Assembly (NCBI GenBank): GCA_902793295.1
Contig: CADBDA010000009.1
Location: forward strand, 13,202 to 77,201
Source: an uncultured Bacteroidota bacterium
Lineage (GTDB): Bacteria > Bacteroidota > Bacteroidia > Bacteroidales > P3
Direction: 5' to 3'
DNA: 64,000 nt
In this document: one piece after another, positions 53,641 to 63,930 of the stretch
How positions within the stretch are numbered: the first letter of the stretch is position 1
Layout of the letters: every line of letters begins with the position of its first letter
Position numbers and translations under genes: made by a program
Notes under the pieces: model-generated
The model's input: the letters and a program-made list of their open reading frames with translations, nothing else
Told to the model about the DNA's origin: nothing
Databases searched by the model: none

Positions 53641-54387
53641 TCATTTGCTCTTGCCTTGGTTGGCAACACTCTGCATCTTGGCAGCAATGACTTCCGGGTC
53701 ACCGAGAAATTCGTCGCTGACCAGCTTCATCTGGTCGTCGAACGTGAAGACGTATGGAACAGCCGTAGGGATGTTGAACTTGATAATCTCCTCGTTGCTC
53801 ATGCCGCGCAGCTCCTTGACAATGCCTCTCAGGCTGTTGCCATGGGCCACAACGAGCACCGTATCGTATTTGTCGAACGAGGGCAGGATTACCTCCTTAT
53901 AGTACGGCATCAGACGGGCGATGGTGTCCTTGAGCGACTCTGTCAGCGGTATCTCGCTGTCGGAGAGTTCCGCATAGCGCGGATCCATACGGGGGCTGCG
54001 CTCGTCGTGCATGTCGAGGGCAGGGGGCTGCACATCGAAGCTGCGACGCCACAGCAGCACCTGGTCGTCACCATATTTCTTGGCCGTGTCGGCCTTGTTC
54101 AGTCCCTGGATGGCACCGTAGCTCTTCTCGTTCAGCCGCCAACTTTTCTCGACGGGCAGATAGTCCATATCCATGGCTTCGAGCACCTGGTTGAGGGTGC
54201 GCACGGCACGTTTCAGATAGGAGGTGAAGCAGAACTGCGGACGGTAGCCTTCGGCTTTCAGCAGCTTGCCGGCCTCATAGGCCTCCTTGCGACCCGTCTC
54301 GGTAAGGTCGACATCGGTCCAGCCGGTAAAAAGATTCAATTTATTCCACTCGCTTTCGCCGTGGCGAACTAAAATCAATTGTTTCAT
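53641..54387 (-). CDS. gpmA: 2,3-bisphosphoglycerate-dependent phosphoglycerate mutase
   Basis: N-terminus LILVRHGESEWNKLNLFTGWTDVDLTETG, with the RHGE catalytic motif. Confidence 0.92.
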   Translation of the reverse strand: MKQLILVRHGESEWNKLNLFTGWTDVDLTETGRKEAYEAGKLLKAEGYRPQFCFTSYLKRAVRTLNQVLEAMDMDYLPVEKSWRLNEKSYGAIQGLNKADTAKKYGDDQVLLWRRSFDVQPPALDMHDERSPRMDPRYAELSDSEIPLTESLKDTIARLMPYYKEVILPSFDKYDTVLVVAHGNSLRGIVKELRGMSNEEIIKFNIPTAVPYVFTFDDQMKLVSDEFLGDPEVIAAKMQSVANQGKSK

Positions 54388-54393
54388 GAGTTT

Positions 54394-55290
54394 CTATTTG
54401 GTTTTGTCAGTTTGGGAATGTTTCAGGATGATGGTCTCATCCTTCTTTAGTATGGGTTTGGAGTTGAAGATACCTTTGTAAGCCAGAATGCACATGATCA
54501 CTCCGAGGAGGATGAACGGAATGCTGAGCCACTGTCCCATGTCGAGTGTCATGCCCTTCTCGAAATCCACCTGCTCTTCCTTCACAAACTCCACCAGGAA
54601 CCGCACGCCGAACAGCGCTATCAGCCACCATCCGAACATGGCTCCGGAACGCAGTTTGCCGTCTTTCTTCAGGTAGACCAGATAACAGACGATGAATATC
54701 AGGAAATAGCTGAGCGACTCGTAGAGCTGCGTCGGATGCTTGGCCACCTGCTCGCCGTTGCGCTCGAAGATGAAGCCCCAGGGCATATCGGTGGCCACAC
54801 CGTAAATCTCAGAGTTGAAGAGGTTGCCCAAACGGATGAAGGCTCCGCCCAAGGCAATGACGATCACCATGCGATCCACAATCCATACGGGATTCATACG
54901 GTACTTGCGGAAATACAGCCACATGGCCAGCAGAATACCGATGGCCGCACCATGGCTGGCCAAGCCTTCGTATCCGGTGAAATGCCAACCGTTGGCGTCG
55001 TGACCAAAGGGAAGGAAGATTTCAATCCAGTGGCTGCCTGTCAGGTAATAGTCGGGCTGGTAGAAAAGGCAGTGGCCCAATCGGGCGCCCACCAGCACCG
55101 CAACAAACATATAGATAAGCAGAGACTCCAGATACTTGTCGTCGACATGCTCCCGCTTGAACATGCGCGACACGATGATGTAGCCCAACAGGAATGCAAA
55201 CAAAAAACCCAACGAGTACCACCTCACACCGAAGGAGCCGATGTGGAAGATGACAGGGTCTACATTCCAGATGATATCGTTTAGTGACAT
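54394..55290 (-). CDS. lgt: prolipoprotein diacylglyceryl transferase
   Basis: Polytopic membrane protein with IFHIGSFGVRWYSLGF, HGAAIG and HPTQLYES blocks. Confidence 0.88.
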   Translation of the reverse strand: MSLNDIIWNVDPVIFHIGSFGVRWYSLGFLFAFLLGYIIVSRMFKREHVDDKYLESLLIYMFVAVLVGARLGHCLFYQPDYYLTGSHWIEIFLPFGHDANGWHFTGYEGLASHGAAIGILLAMWLYFRKYRMNPVWIVDRMVIVIALGGAFIRLGNLFNSEIYGVATDMPWGFIFERNGEQVAKHPTQLYESLSYFLIFIVCYLVYLKKDGKLRSGAMFGWWLIALFGVRFLVEFVKEEQVDFEKGMTLDMGQWLSIPFILLGVIMCILAYKGIFNSKPILKKDETIILKHSQTDKTK

Positions 55291-55317
55291 GGATGAAGAT
55301 TACTGGTTACAAGGTTA

Positions 55318-56859
55318 CTACTTCGCGTAGTTGACGGCTCTGGTTTCGCGGATGACGGTGACCTTGATTTGGCCGGGATAGGTCATCTCGCTCTGAATCT
55401 GACGCGAGAGGTCGTAGCTGAGCTTGTTGGCTTCGATATCGTTGATCTTGTCGGCACCGACAATGACGCGCAGCTCGCGACCCGCCTGGATAGCATAGGT
55501 CTTGACCACGCCAGGATAGGTCATAGCCATCTCTTCCAGCTTGTTGAGGCGGTTGATGTAGGCCTCCACTACCTCGCGACGGGCACCGGGACGGGCACCG
55601 CTGATGGCGTCGCACACCTGGATGATGGGAGCGATAAGGCTGGTCATCTCCGTCTCGTCGTGGTGAGCGCCGATAGCGTTGCACACATCGGGATGTTCTT
55701 TGTATTTCTCAGCCAACTTCATACCGAGGATGGCATGCGGCAGGTCGGGTTCGTTTTCAGGCACCTTGCCGATATCGTGCAGCAGACCGGCACGTTTGGC
55801 CAACTTGGGGTTCAGACCCAGCTCAGAGGCCATCGTGGCAGCCAGGTTGGCCACCTCGCGGCTGTGCTGCAACAGGTTCTGGCCATAAGAGGAACGGTAT
55901 TTCATGCGGCCCACCATGCGCATCAGCTCATGATTCATATTGAGGATACCCAAGTCGATACAGGTGCGCTTGCCCACCTCGACTATCTCCTGTTCAATCT
56001 GCTTGCGGGTTTTGGCGACCACCTCCTCGATACGGGCCGGATGAATACGGCCGTCGGTGACCAGTTTGTGGAGCGACAAGCGGGCAATTTCGCGGCGTAT
56101 GGGGTCGAAACCGGACAGAATGATGGCGTCGGGCGAATCGTCGATGATCACCTCCACGCCTGTGAGCGACTCAAGGGTGCGGATGTTGCGACCCTCACGA
56201 CCGATGATACGGCCCTTGACCTCTTCATTCTCAAGGTTGAAGACACTGACGGTATTCTCGATGGCGTGCTCGGTGGCGGTGCGCTGAATGGACTGGATGA
56301 CGATTTTCTTGGCCTGCTCGTTGGCGGTCATCTTGGCCTCTTCCACGATGTCCATAATGGCATTCGACGCCTCCGCTTTGGCCTCGTCGGTCATCATGTC
56401 GACCAGCTGCTGTTTGGCCTCGTCGGCCGTCATATTGGCGATATGTTCGAGTTTTTCAATGCTTTGTTTGTAGATTTTTTCAGCCTCGGCTTTGCGTTTG
56501 TTGAGCACCTCGATCTGTCCGTTGAGGTTCTCGCTGGCGACCTTCAGCTCGTTGCTTTTCTTCTGCAGGTCCTCCACCTTCTGGGCCAAAACCTGCTCAC
56601 GCTGTTTGAGCTTCTGCTCCGACGACTGCAGCTTGCTGTTCCTTTCGTTGACCTGCTTGTCGTACTCGCTCTTCATCTGGAGGTATTTCTCCTTGGCCTG
56701 CAGTATCTTGTCCTTCTTGATAACTTCGCCTTTCTCTTCGGCGTCCTTGAGCACCTGCTGACTCTTTTTCAGCAGCTTGTTTCGCAGAACTGACGTGGTG
56801 GCGGCGATTCCGGCGCCGGCTCCCACGACCAATCCAATGACAATCATTAATATGTTCAT
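55318..56859 (-). CDS. rny: ribonuclease Y
   Basis: N-terminal TM helix, a long coiled coil, a KH domain ([20 protein letters not shown]) and an HD domain (HSREVANLA...LLHDIGK). Confidence 0.92.
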   Translation of the reverse strand: MNILMIVIGLVVGAGAGIAATTSVLRNKLLKKSQQVLKDAEEKGEVIKKDKILQAKEKYLQMKSEYDKQVNERNSKLQSSEQKLKQREQVLAQKVEDLQKKSNELKVASENLNGQIEVLNKRKAEAEKIYKQSIEKLEHIANMTADEAKQQLVDMMTDEAKAEASNAIMDIVEEAKMTANEQAKKIVIQSIQRTATEHAIENTVSVFNLENEEVKGRIIGREGRNIRTLESLTGVEVIIDDSPDAIILSGFDPIRREIARLSLHKLVTDGRIHPARIEEVVAKTRKQIEQEIVEVGKRTCIDLGILNMNHELMRMVGRMKYRSSYGQNLLQHSREVANLAATMASELGLNPKLAKRAGLLHDIGKVPENEPDLPHAILGMKLAEKYKEHPDVCNAIGAHHDETEMTSLIAPIIQVCDAISGARPGARREVVEAYINRLNKLEEMAMTYPGVVKTYAIQAGRELRVIVGADKINDIEANKLSYDLSRQIQSEMTYPGQIKVTVIRETRAVNYAK

Positions 56860-56903
56860 TTGCTTTTTAAAAATTTTTAGTAGGAACAGCTTGTCGGGGC
56901 TCT

Positions 56904-57067
56904 TGCAAAAAAACCTGCACCGTCACCCTCCGAGAGTTATGGTAAACTCTGAAAAGAAAGGATTTGAGTGCCGGGTGTCTCAGCCATACAACCTACCCAC
57001 CCATGAGCCAACTCGGTTTGTAAATGGTGTTGAGTTTACAAACTGTTTCGGGTTGGGTGCAGGTTTT
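56904..57067 (-). ncRNA. candidate structured RNA/terminator element between zapA and rny (6S-like long closing helix)
   Basis: A 12-13-bp long-range helix pairs aaaacctgcacc(c) at 57055-57067 with (g)ggtgcaggtttt at 56910-56922. It encloses about 130 nt with internal hairpins (gtttgtaaa with tttacaaac, and agagtt with aactct). It is followed by a U7 tract. Confidence 0.3.
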
Positions 57068-57341
57068 GCTCCAGAAGAGAGTCTATCTCTGTCAGTTTCT
57101 CTATCAGTTCAGTATCTTTATATTTCAAACTGTCGTTTAGTTTAATCAGCTCTGTCACTTGCGTCAGCGCCACCATGGCCAGAAGGTCCTGGTTGTCGCG
57201 CTGTCCGTACTGTTTCTTGAAGATGCGGGCTTGGGCATCGATGAACGCAGCGGCATTGCGCAGGAAGGTCTCATCGCTGGCAGCGATAGAGAGCTTGTAG
57301 TCTCGTTCCAAAATCTTTACTGTTACCGATACGTTTTCCAT
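57036..57341 (-). CDS. zapA: cell division protein ZapA
   Basis: 101 aa. The blocks VTVKILERDYKLSI and ...LAMVALT... are typical of ZapA. Confidence 0.75.
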   Translation of the reverse strand: MENVSVTVKILERDYKLSIAASDETFLRNAAAFIDAQARIFKKQYGQRDNQDLLAMVALTQVTELIKLNDSLKYKDTELIEKLTEIDSLLEQNLHPTRNSL

Positions 57342-57350
57342 CTGAATGTG

Positions 57351-57644
57351 TTAGTCCACATGCGTCAACTGCGACAGACTTTTGTCAATATTCCGGATCA
57401 ACTGATTGATCTTGAGTTTTATTTCTGCTGAATCGCCCTTTTGCACAAGCGTATTCCTGAGTTTTACGATTTGTGTTTCTTCTATGAGGTTATTTATCTG
57501 TGTTTTTTGACTGTTAATGACTTCTGTTAGTTCTTCGGATTTTTCTGTCAATTCCATGACCTGCGCCTTCAGCCGATTGTTCTCGTCAATCAACTGTCTC
57601 ACCTTGAAGTCTATGCCGCTCAGCGTGGTCTCGTAATCGAACAT
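57351..57644 (-). CDS. small coiled-coil protein (ZapB-like), co-oriented with zapA
   Basis: 97 aa with heptad-rich sequence. It lies 9 nt upstream of zapA. Confidence 0.55.
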   Translation of the reverse strand: MFDYETTLSGIDFKVRQLIDENNRLKAQVMELTEKSEELTEVINSQKTQINNLIEETQIVKLRNTLVQKGDSAEIKLKINQLIRNIDKSLSQLTHVD

Positions 57645-57746
57645 ATATATCCCTTTGCTTCAAAACGTTATGACCGCTTTAGGCGCACCGGACCTTGTCA
57701 TCCGGACGTTTGGCAGCTTAACATTTTTTTACTTTTTTAGCGGATG

Positions 57747-57754
57747 CAAAGTTA
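57747..57754 (-). promoter_or_regulatory. -7 box TAACTTTG (minus strand)
   Basis: Reverse complement of caaagtta, about 100 nt upstream of ATG 57644. Confidence 0.4.
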
Positions 57755-57828
57755 CAAACTTTTTTTATAAGTCAAATAAAATTTTATGTAATTATTCAAC
57801 TGGCACCCGTTAATTTGTTGATATATCG

Positions 57829-59040
57829 TTATTTGATGTTAAGTTTGTGACCCATTCGTTCCTGCTTGGTCTTCAAGTACTTCTCATTGTACTTGTTGGG
57901 TTCGATAACAATTGGAATGGTTTCGACAATCTCTATACCATAGCCTTCCAAGCCGCTGCGTTTGACGGGGTTGTTGGTGAGCAGACGCATCTTCTTGACG
58001 CCGAGGTCGCGAAGCATTTGGGCTCCGATGCCGTAGTCGCGCTCGTCGGCCTTGAAGCCGAGCTTGAGGTTGGCGTCGACGGTGTCGAAACCCTGTTCCT
58101 GCAGGTGATAGGCTTTCAGTTTGTTGACCAACCCGATGCCGCGTCCTTCCTGGCTCATGTAGAGAATCAGGCCCTTGCCCTCTTTCTCCACCATTTCCAT
58201 GGCACGGTGCAGCTGGTGGCCGCAGTCGCACTTGCACGAACCGAAGATGTCGCCGGTGGCGCAACTGGAATGGACACGCACCAGGAGCGGTTCGTCCTCG
58301 CTCCACTCGCCTTTCTTGAGCGCCAGATGGGTGGCCCCATTGTCAAGCTGCGTGTAGGCGATGAGCTTGAAATTGCCCCATTCGGTGGGAAGGAAGACCT
58401 CTTCCTCCTTGCGAATCATGGTTTCGTGGGCAATGCGATAGGAAATCAGGTCCTTGATGGTGACAATCTTCAGGTCGAAGCGTTTGGCCACCTCCTGCAG
58501 CTGCGGCATGCGGGCCATGGTGCCGTCGTCGTTGATGATCTCGATGAGGGCGGCGACAGGGGTCAGCCCCGCCAGACGGGCCAGGTCGACAGCGGCCTCG
58601 GTATGGCCGGCGCGGACCAGCACACCGCCGTTGCGGGCACGCAGCGGGTTGACATGTCCGGGACGACCCAGGTCTTCGGCCTTGGTGTTGTCGTCAGCCA
58701 ACGCCTTGATGGTCATTGCACGGTCATGCATGCTCACTCCGGTGGTGCATCCGTTGCCCAGCAGGTCGACGGTCACTGTGAAGGGGGTTCCCAACAACGA
58801 GGTGTTGTCGTGAACCTGCATGTCCAGATTGAGCTTGTGGCAACGATCCTCGGTGACAGGGGTGCAAAGCACACCACGACCGTTTTTGAGCATGAAATTC
58901 ACCTTCTCGGGCGTTATTTTTTCGGCTGCAATGATAAAATCTCCTTCGTTTTCACGGTCTTCGTCATCGACAACGATAACGAATTTGCCTTCCTTAAAGT
59001 CAGCTATAGCTTCTTCTATTGTATTGAGTTTAAATTCCAT
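57829..59040 (-). CDS. ribBA: bifunctional 3,4-dihydroxy-2-butanone-4-phosphate synthase / GTP cyclohydrolase II
   Basis: The RibB part reads [14 protein letters not shown]...HTEAAVDLA. The RibA part reads [23 protein letters not shown]...EGRGIGL. The track start 59076 was trimmed to ATG 59040 ([12 protein letters not shown]). Confidence 0.92.
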   Translation of the reverse strand: MEFKLNTIEEAIADFKEGKFVIVVDDEDRENEGDFIIAAEKITPEKVNFMLKNGRGVLCTPVTEDRCHKLNLDMQVHDNTSLLGTPFTVTVDLLGNGCTTGVSMHDRAMTIKALADDNTKAEDLGRPGHVNPLRARNGGVLVRAGHTEAAVDLARLAGLTPVAALIEIINDDGTMARMPQLQEVAKRFDLKIVTIKDLISYRIAHETMIRKEEEVFLPTEWGNFKLIAYTQLDNGATHLALKKGEWSEDEPLLVRVHSSCATGDIFGSCKCDCGHQLHRAMEMVEKEGKGLILYMSQEGRGIGLVNKLKAYHLQEQGFDTVDANLKLGFKADERDYGIGAQMLRDLGVKKMRLLTNNPVKRSGLEGYGIEIVETIPIVIEPNKYNEKYLKTKQERMGHKLNIK

Positions 59041-59081
59041 AAAGAGTAAATATATATATATATTGGAAAGTTTCAAATATG

Positions 59082-59089
59082 CAAAATTA
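59082..59089 (-). promoter_or_regulatory. -7 box TAATTTTG (minus strand)
   Basis: Reverse complement of caaaatta, 42 nt upstream of ATG 59040. Confidence 0.45.
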
Positions 59090-59151
59090 CAAAAAAAGTC
59101 GAATTATTGCATTTTTGTTTGAAAAAGAGCCTGATGGAGGGAGGGGCGATT

Positions 59152-59808
59152 TCAGAACACGATGGTGACCGGCACCACGAATGCCTTGCCCGTCGGCAAG
59201 GGCGAATCGTCGCGAAGCCGACGAAAGAGATAATGCGACAGCAGGGCGGAACCGGCACCCACCAGGGCCCCGGTGAGCACATCGGTCGGATAATGGACCC
59301 CCAGGTAGAGCCGCGAGAAACCCACGCCGGCAGCCCACAGCATGGCCGGAGCCACAACATACCACTTGGGGTAGCAGAGACTGACCGATGTGGCTACGGC
59401 AAAGGAGAGCGACGTGTGGCCCGACGGAAACGAGAATCCCCGTGGGGTGCGCACCGGCTGCAGGTCGTCGGGGTAGGCCAGAAACGGTCGCGGTCGGCGA
59501 ACCGTCAGTTTGAGCCCTTCGGTGACACCGCAGGCAAAGAGGAACGCGAGCCCGGTCTCGGCTCCGCTACGAATCAGGTCATTATTGTCGGCCATCCATC
59601 CCGAAGCCAGCAGCGACACCGGAACCGCCGGCGCTAACACAAGGCTGTTGGATGTCCATGTGAACACACCGTCGAGAGCGGGTGTGCGTTGCTGCTGCAA
59701 CGAGCAGAGCATGTTGTAGTCTGCACCCTGACCCCTCAGGGGCATCAGTGGCGCCAACAGAAGCAGCAGCGCCAGATAACAACGGCTTAGATGCTTTATG
59801 GTTTGCAT
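59152..59808 (-). CDS. PAP2-family phosphatase (membrane)
   Basis: Motifs KLTVRRPRP, SFPSGHT and GVHYPTDV. The track start 59922 was trimmed to ATG 59808 (MQTIKHLS... signal/TM). Confidence 0.8.
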   Translation of the reverse strand: MQTIKHLSRCYLALLLLLAPLMPLRGQGADYNMLCSLQQQRTPALDGVFTWTSNSLVLAPAVPVSLLASGWMADNNDLIRSGAETGLAFLFACGVTEGLKLTVRRPRPFLAYPDDLQPVRTPRGFSFPSGHTSLSFAVATSVSLCYPKWYVVAPAMLWAAGVGFSRLYLGVHYPTDVLTGALVGAGSALLSHYLFRRLRDDSPLPTGKAFVVPVTIVF

Positions 59809-59895
59809 ATCGGTGAATCGGGATGAGACTGCAAAAGTACGATTTTTCCCCGACACGGCACACCGAATCTGTTTTTTTTCTATTTTTGCAGCATC

Positions 59896-62172
59896 ATGAC
59901 AGGATATATCAACATCATACACGCAACAGAGAATAATCTGAAAAACATCTCTTTGCGCATTCCAAAAGGCAAGATAACCGTATTCACCGGCGTATCGGGT
60001 TCAGGCAAATCGTCGCTTTGTCTGGACACCTTGGCAGCCGAAAGCCGCAGGGAACTGAACGAGACATTCCCCAGTTTTGTGCAGCAGTACCTGCCCAAAT
60101 ACGGACGCCCACATGTGGAGCGCATCGAAAACCTGCCGGTGACCATCCTGATAGACCAGAAAAAACCCGCCAACAACGCCCGCTCCACAGTGGCCACCTA
60201 CACCGACGTCTACGCCCTGCTGCGACTGCTCTTTTCGCGCGTTGGCGAACCCTTTGTCGGCTACAGCGACACCTTCTCGTTCAACCACCCTTCGGGCAGC
60301 TGCCCACGCTGCGAGGGACTGGGCGAAGTGACCGAACTGGACATCCACAAGCTGGTGGACTTCGACAAGTGCCTCAACGACGAAGACGTCATCCACTTCC
60401 CCACGTTCACCACCGGTGCCTGGCGCTGGAAACGCTACGCCTACAGCGGCCTCTTCGACCTGGACAAGAAAATCAGGGACTACACGAAAGAGGAGCTGGA
60501 CCTGTTTCTCTATTCGCCCCAGACACGGCTGAAAAACCCGCCCTCCAACTGGCCCAAAAGCGCCAAATTCGAAGGCCTCTACCCCCGCATGTACCGCAGC
60601 ATCATCACCACCAAAGAGGGCAAACGCCAACAGAAAGTGTTGGACCGCATGGTCAGCACCCACGAATGTCCCGATTGCCATGGCACCCGTCTCAACGAGC
60701 GTGTGCGCAGCTGCAAAATCGACGGCAAAAACCTGGCCGACGTGGTGGCCATGCCCATCGACGACGCACTGCGCTTCGTCCAATCCATAAGCCACCCGCT
60801 GGCAGTCGACATACAGCGCGAACTGGGCAAAAGGCTACAGGCCCTCTGCGACATCGGACTGGGCTACCTGACCCTGAGCCGCGGCACGGGCACCCTGAGC
60901 GGCGGCGAAGCACAACGCATCAAGATAGCCAAATATATCAATTCCGCCCTGACCGACATGGTCTATGTGCTCGACGAACCCAGCGTGGGACTGCATCCTC
61001 AAGACATCAGCCGCCTGAAAGAGTCGCTCTGCCACCTGCGCGACCACGGCAACACCGTACTCATCGTGGAACACCACCGCGAAATCATCGCCATGGCCGA
61101 CCACATCGTCGACATGGGCCCCGGCGCAGGAAGCAACGGCGGCAACATCACCTTCGAAGGCTCCTTCGACCAACTGCAGCACTCCGACACCACCACGGGA
61201 CGCATGCTGCGCCACCAACCCACATTCAAAGACACCGTGCGACAACCCTCCGGATGGTTTCACATGGAACATGCCGTGCGCCACAATCTCAAAGACCTGT
61301 CTGTCAGTATCCCGCAAGGCGTCATGACCGTCATCGCCGGTGTGGCCGGATCGGGCAAGAGCTCGCTGATGGAGCAGTTCATGGAGCAGCTGCAGACGTC
61401 AGACCATGGGAAGCTGCAGCACGAGCCCATCTTCATCGGACAGAAAAACATCGGTGTCAACCTGCGCTCCACCCCAGCCACCTATCTCGACATCAGCGAC
61501 ACCATCCGTCGCCTATTTGCCCGCGAAAACCACGTCAGCGCCAACCTCTTTTCGTTCAACAGCCTGGGTGCCTGCCCCGCATGCAAAGGCAAAGGCATCA
61601 TTGTGAGCGATATGGCCTACATGGAAAGCATCGAGACCACCTGCGAACAATGCCACGGACGACGCTACAACGACGAGGCACTGCGCTACCGCTATCGGGG
61701 TTTGAACATCGCCGACGTCATGTCGCTCCCGGTCGACGACGCCAGAACCTTCTTCGCCGGCCAGCCCTTCGAAGCCCAGCTGAAGGCCCTCGCCCAAGTG
61801 GGACTCGGCTACCTCCATCTGGACCAGAGCATGTCGACCCTCAGCGGTGGCGAACTGCAACGGGTGAAACTGGCCGACAACCTGCACCGTAAAGGCGAAC
61901 TGTACATCATCGACGAACCCACCGACGGACTGCATCTGGACGACATCCAGCGGCTGATGCGGCTGTTCGACGAAATGACCGACGCCGACAACACACTGAT
62001 CCTCATCGAACACAGCGTCGACGTGATGAAACATGCCGACTGGCTGATAGAACTGGGACCCGGCGGTGGCGAAAGCGGCGGACAGCTGCTCTTTGCCGGC
62101 AAGCCCGCCGACATCTGCCACGCGACAGCTTCGGTCACCAGACCCTATCTCGAGGAAAAAGCATTGCCGTAG
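59896..62172 (+). CDS. UvrA-like ABC ATPase, short paralog (758 aa)
   Basis: Two ABC modules are present (GVSGSGKSSL with LSGGEAQRI/VLDEPS, and GVAGSGKSSL with LSGGELQRV/IIDEPT), plus Zn-like CxxC pairs. It is about 180 aa shorter than canonical UvrA, and the region where the UvrB-binding insert sits appears absent. Confidence 0.8.
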   Translation: MTGYINIIHATENNLKNISLRIPKGKITVFTGVSGSGKSSLCLDTLAAESRRELNETFPSFVQQYLPKYGRPHVERIENLPVTILIDQKKPANNARSTVATYTDVYALLRLLFSRVGEPFVGYSDTFSFNHPSGSCPRCEGLGEVTELDIHKLVDFDKCLNDEDVIHFPTFTTGAWRWKRYAYSGLFDLDKKIRDYTKEELDLFLYSPQTRLKNPPSNWPKSAKFEGLYPRMYRSIITTKEGKRQQKVLDRMVSTHECPDCHGTRLNERVRSCKIDGKNLADVVAMPIDDALRFVQSISHPLAVDIQRELGKRLQALCDIGLGYLTLSRGTGTLSGGEAQRIKIAKYINSALTDMVYVLDEPSVGLHPQDISRLKESLCHLRDHGNTVLIVEHHREIIAMADHIVDMGPGAGSNGGNITFEGSFDQLQHSDTTTGRMLRHQPTFKDTVRQPSGWFHMEHAVRHNLKDLSVSIPQGVMTVIAGVAGSGKSSLMEQFMEQLQTSDHGKLQHEPIFIGQKNIGVNLRSTPATYLDISDTIRRLFARENHVSANLFSFNSLGACPACKGKGIIVSDMAYMESIETTCEQCHGRRYNDEALRYRYRGLNIADVMSLPVDDARTFFAGQPFEAQLKALAQVGLGYLHLDQSMSTLSGGELQRVKLADNLHRKGELYIIDEPTDGLHLDDIQRLMRLFDEMTDADNTLILIEHSVDVMKHADWLIELGPGGGESGGQLLFAGKPADICHATASVTRPYLEEKALP

Positions 62173-62470
62173 TGGCATATCCTTCTTTTTCCACGGAATG
62201 ACGTATGTTTTGATTTCTGATGGATCACCCCGCAACCTATAGATCTGTATTCTAACAGCGTTTTCGTTGGCGATCCAAACCGATGGCATTTGCGCTTCAT
62301 TCACACCAGCGAATTCAGTAATCCGAAAATGAATGCATCATTCGCATAGAACCCACCAAGAAGGCATAAAGTGCTTAGGCTGGTAAGCGTGATAAGCGAA
62401 GGGAGCGCCAGTATTGACGCTCCCTTCGCTGTTGGAAAATCCTTTGAGGTAGGTCCTGTTGTATCAGGAA

Positions 62471-63541
62471 CTATCGGTTAGATGCACGTATCAGATTCAA
62501 TATGCGCTGCGCCCACGCCTCGTCGCCAGCGATTTGGTAGCGGTAGTTACCATCGGGGTCGGCGGTGAAGCTGACCTTGTTGTTGCTGAAGCTTAAATGC
62601 CCGCGGGGCGAAAGGGCTATCAGGCTTTCGCCCTCAATCTCCTGTAGCGGGAGCATGGGGTCCCACATGCGCTGTTCCGTGTTGCAGTCGAACCGCAGAT
62701 ATATCTGTTTGATCGGATGGATGTCGGTCCAGTCGATGTCGCTGATCACCTGTTCGGGTGCATATTCCACCATATTGCCTGGCGCACTGGGCGAGATAAT
62801 GACGTCGACGTCGTCGGGCCACAGCTGCAGCAGGGTGCTTGCCGCATCGGGATGCATCATCATGTTATATCCGGGACTGACCTCAAGCTCGTTGCCGGGC
62901 TCCAGCTTGGTGGTCATGAAGTAGAGCCGTTTCACCTTGCGGCGCACCAGCTCCACGCCTGTCAGCGGCGAATACTGGTCGGCTCCGGAAGTGAGGAGGT
63001 TAGCTATCGTCGAAGCGATGCCCGTGAGCATGATGGTGACGCTGCCGTCGGGAGCATTGGCCAGCAGTTGGCGGTAGAGGACATAGCCGTCGGGGAGCGA
63101 CGAATAGTCGCTATAGGTTCGAGCGAACATCAGGGTGCCGCTGGTGTCGGTGGCATTAACGATGGGGGTATAGTTGATGTAACCGAAGCGCTCGTGGGTG
63201 CCGTTGCGTTCCAGCCCGATAGGCAGCGTCGGGAATCCGTAGTAGTTGTTCATCAGGTCGGCGACGGCGGCATTGGTGTCGCCCATGCGGTCCACCACCA
63301 CACCCAGCAGATTGCAGCGACCCTGCGAGGCATAGCGATAGAGCAGCTGCATGGCGAAAAGGTCGTCGGTCGAACTGGCGATGTCGGTGTCGAGGATAAT
63401 CTGCGGTACCGCCGGCTGCTGTGGTTCCGGAGTCAGTTCCTCCTCGCTGCAGGCAAACATCAAGAATGCCACCAAAGCAAGGAATATAAAGGTCTTCGTA
63501 TGATTAATAACCACGATTTTTGGGGTTGTTTGGATTTGCAA
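62471..63541 (-). CDS. nucleoside hydrolase-like lipoprotein (IUNH family)
   Basis: Lipobox LMFACS and an N-terminal ILDTDIASSTDDLFAM motif (DxDxxxDD-type). Confidence 0.7.
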   Translation of the reverse strand: MQIQTTPKIVVINHTKTFIFLALVAFLMFACSEEELTPEPQQPAVPQIILDTDIASSTDDLFAMQLLYRYASQGRCNLLGVVVDRMGDTNAAVADLMNNYYGFPTLPIGLERNGTHERFGYINYTPIVNATDTSGTLMFARTYSDYSSLPDGYVLYRQLLANAPDGSVTIMLTGIASTIANLLTSGADQYSPLTGVELVRRKVKRLYFMTTKLEPGNELEVSPGYNMMMHPDAASTLLQLWPDDVDVIISPSAPGNMVEYAPEQVISDIDWTDIHPIKQIYLRFDCNTEQRMWDPMLPLQEIEGESLIALSPRGHLSFSNNKVSFTADPDGNYRYQIAGDEAWAQRILNLIRASNR

Positions 63542-63762
63542 AAATACTATTTTTCTCCGGTATTGAAGATTCTTTTTTTATTGGACTACAAGTTTCTTGA
63601 CGACAGCTGCTTCAGGGGTGGTTACTCTGACCAAGTAAGCAGTGCAAATATACATCTTTTTTTCTGAACAAAAATATTTGACACTTCTCTCTCCTTCTCA
63701 CCCGAATCGTCGGCCCGACAATCAAATCACTCGGCAGATTTGTGCCATTTCCAAAAAAATGC

Positions 63763-63770
63763 TACCTTTG
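63763..63770 (+). promoter_or_regulatory. -7 box TACCTTTG
   Basis: TAnnTTTG match about 160 nt upstream of ATG 63931. Confidence 0.4.
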
Positions 63771-63930
63771 CATTCACTAAACCGCATGTAGATGTGCCAC
63801 AACTTGATATAAGACAACACTTTCCCCTCTCTTTAGCGTGGGGAAAGGTTTTCAGTTGCGGATATCAGCTGCAGCCTAGTACAACGATGACACTCACATC
63901 CTGTTTTAACCAAACAATCCCTATATACCG

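Noticed and set aside
59041-59151. Expected FMN riboswitch upstream of ribBA
   Set aside because: The spacer is only 111 bp and AT-rich, and it shows no conserved FMN-aptamer helices. It contains just a TAATTTTG promoter box. No riboswitch is called.
62173-62470. Possible small gene or RNA between the uvrA paralog and the nucleoside hydrolase gene (hairpin gcgaagggagcg paired with cgctcccttcgc at 62396-62432)
   Set aside because: The hairpin is real, but it lacks a flanking U-tract in either orientation. The only ORF, the tail of 61513-62304, is an antisense shadow ORF. The evidence is insufficient to call a feature.
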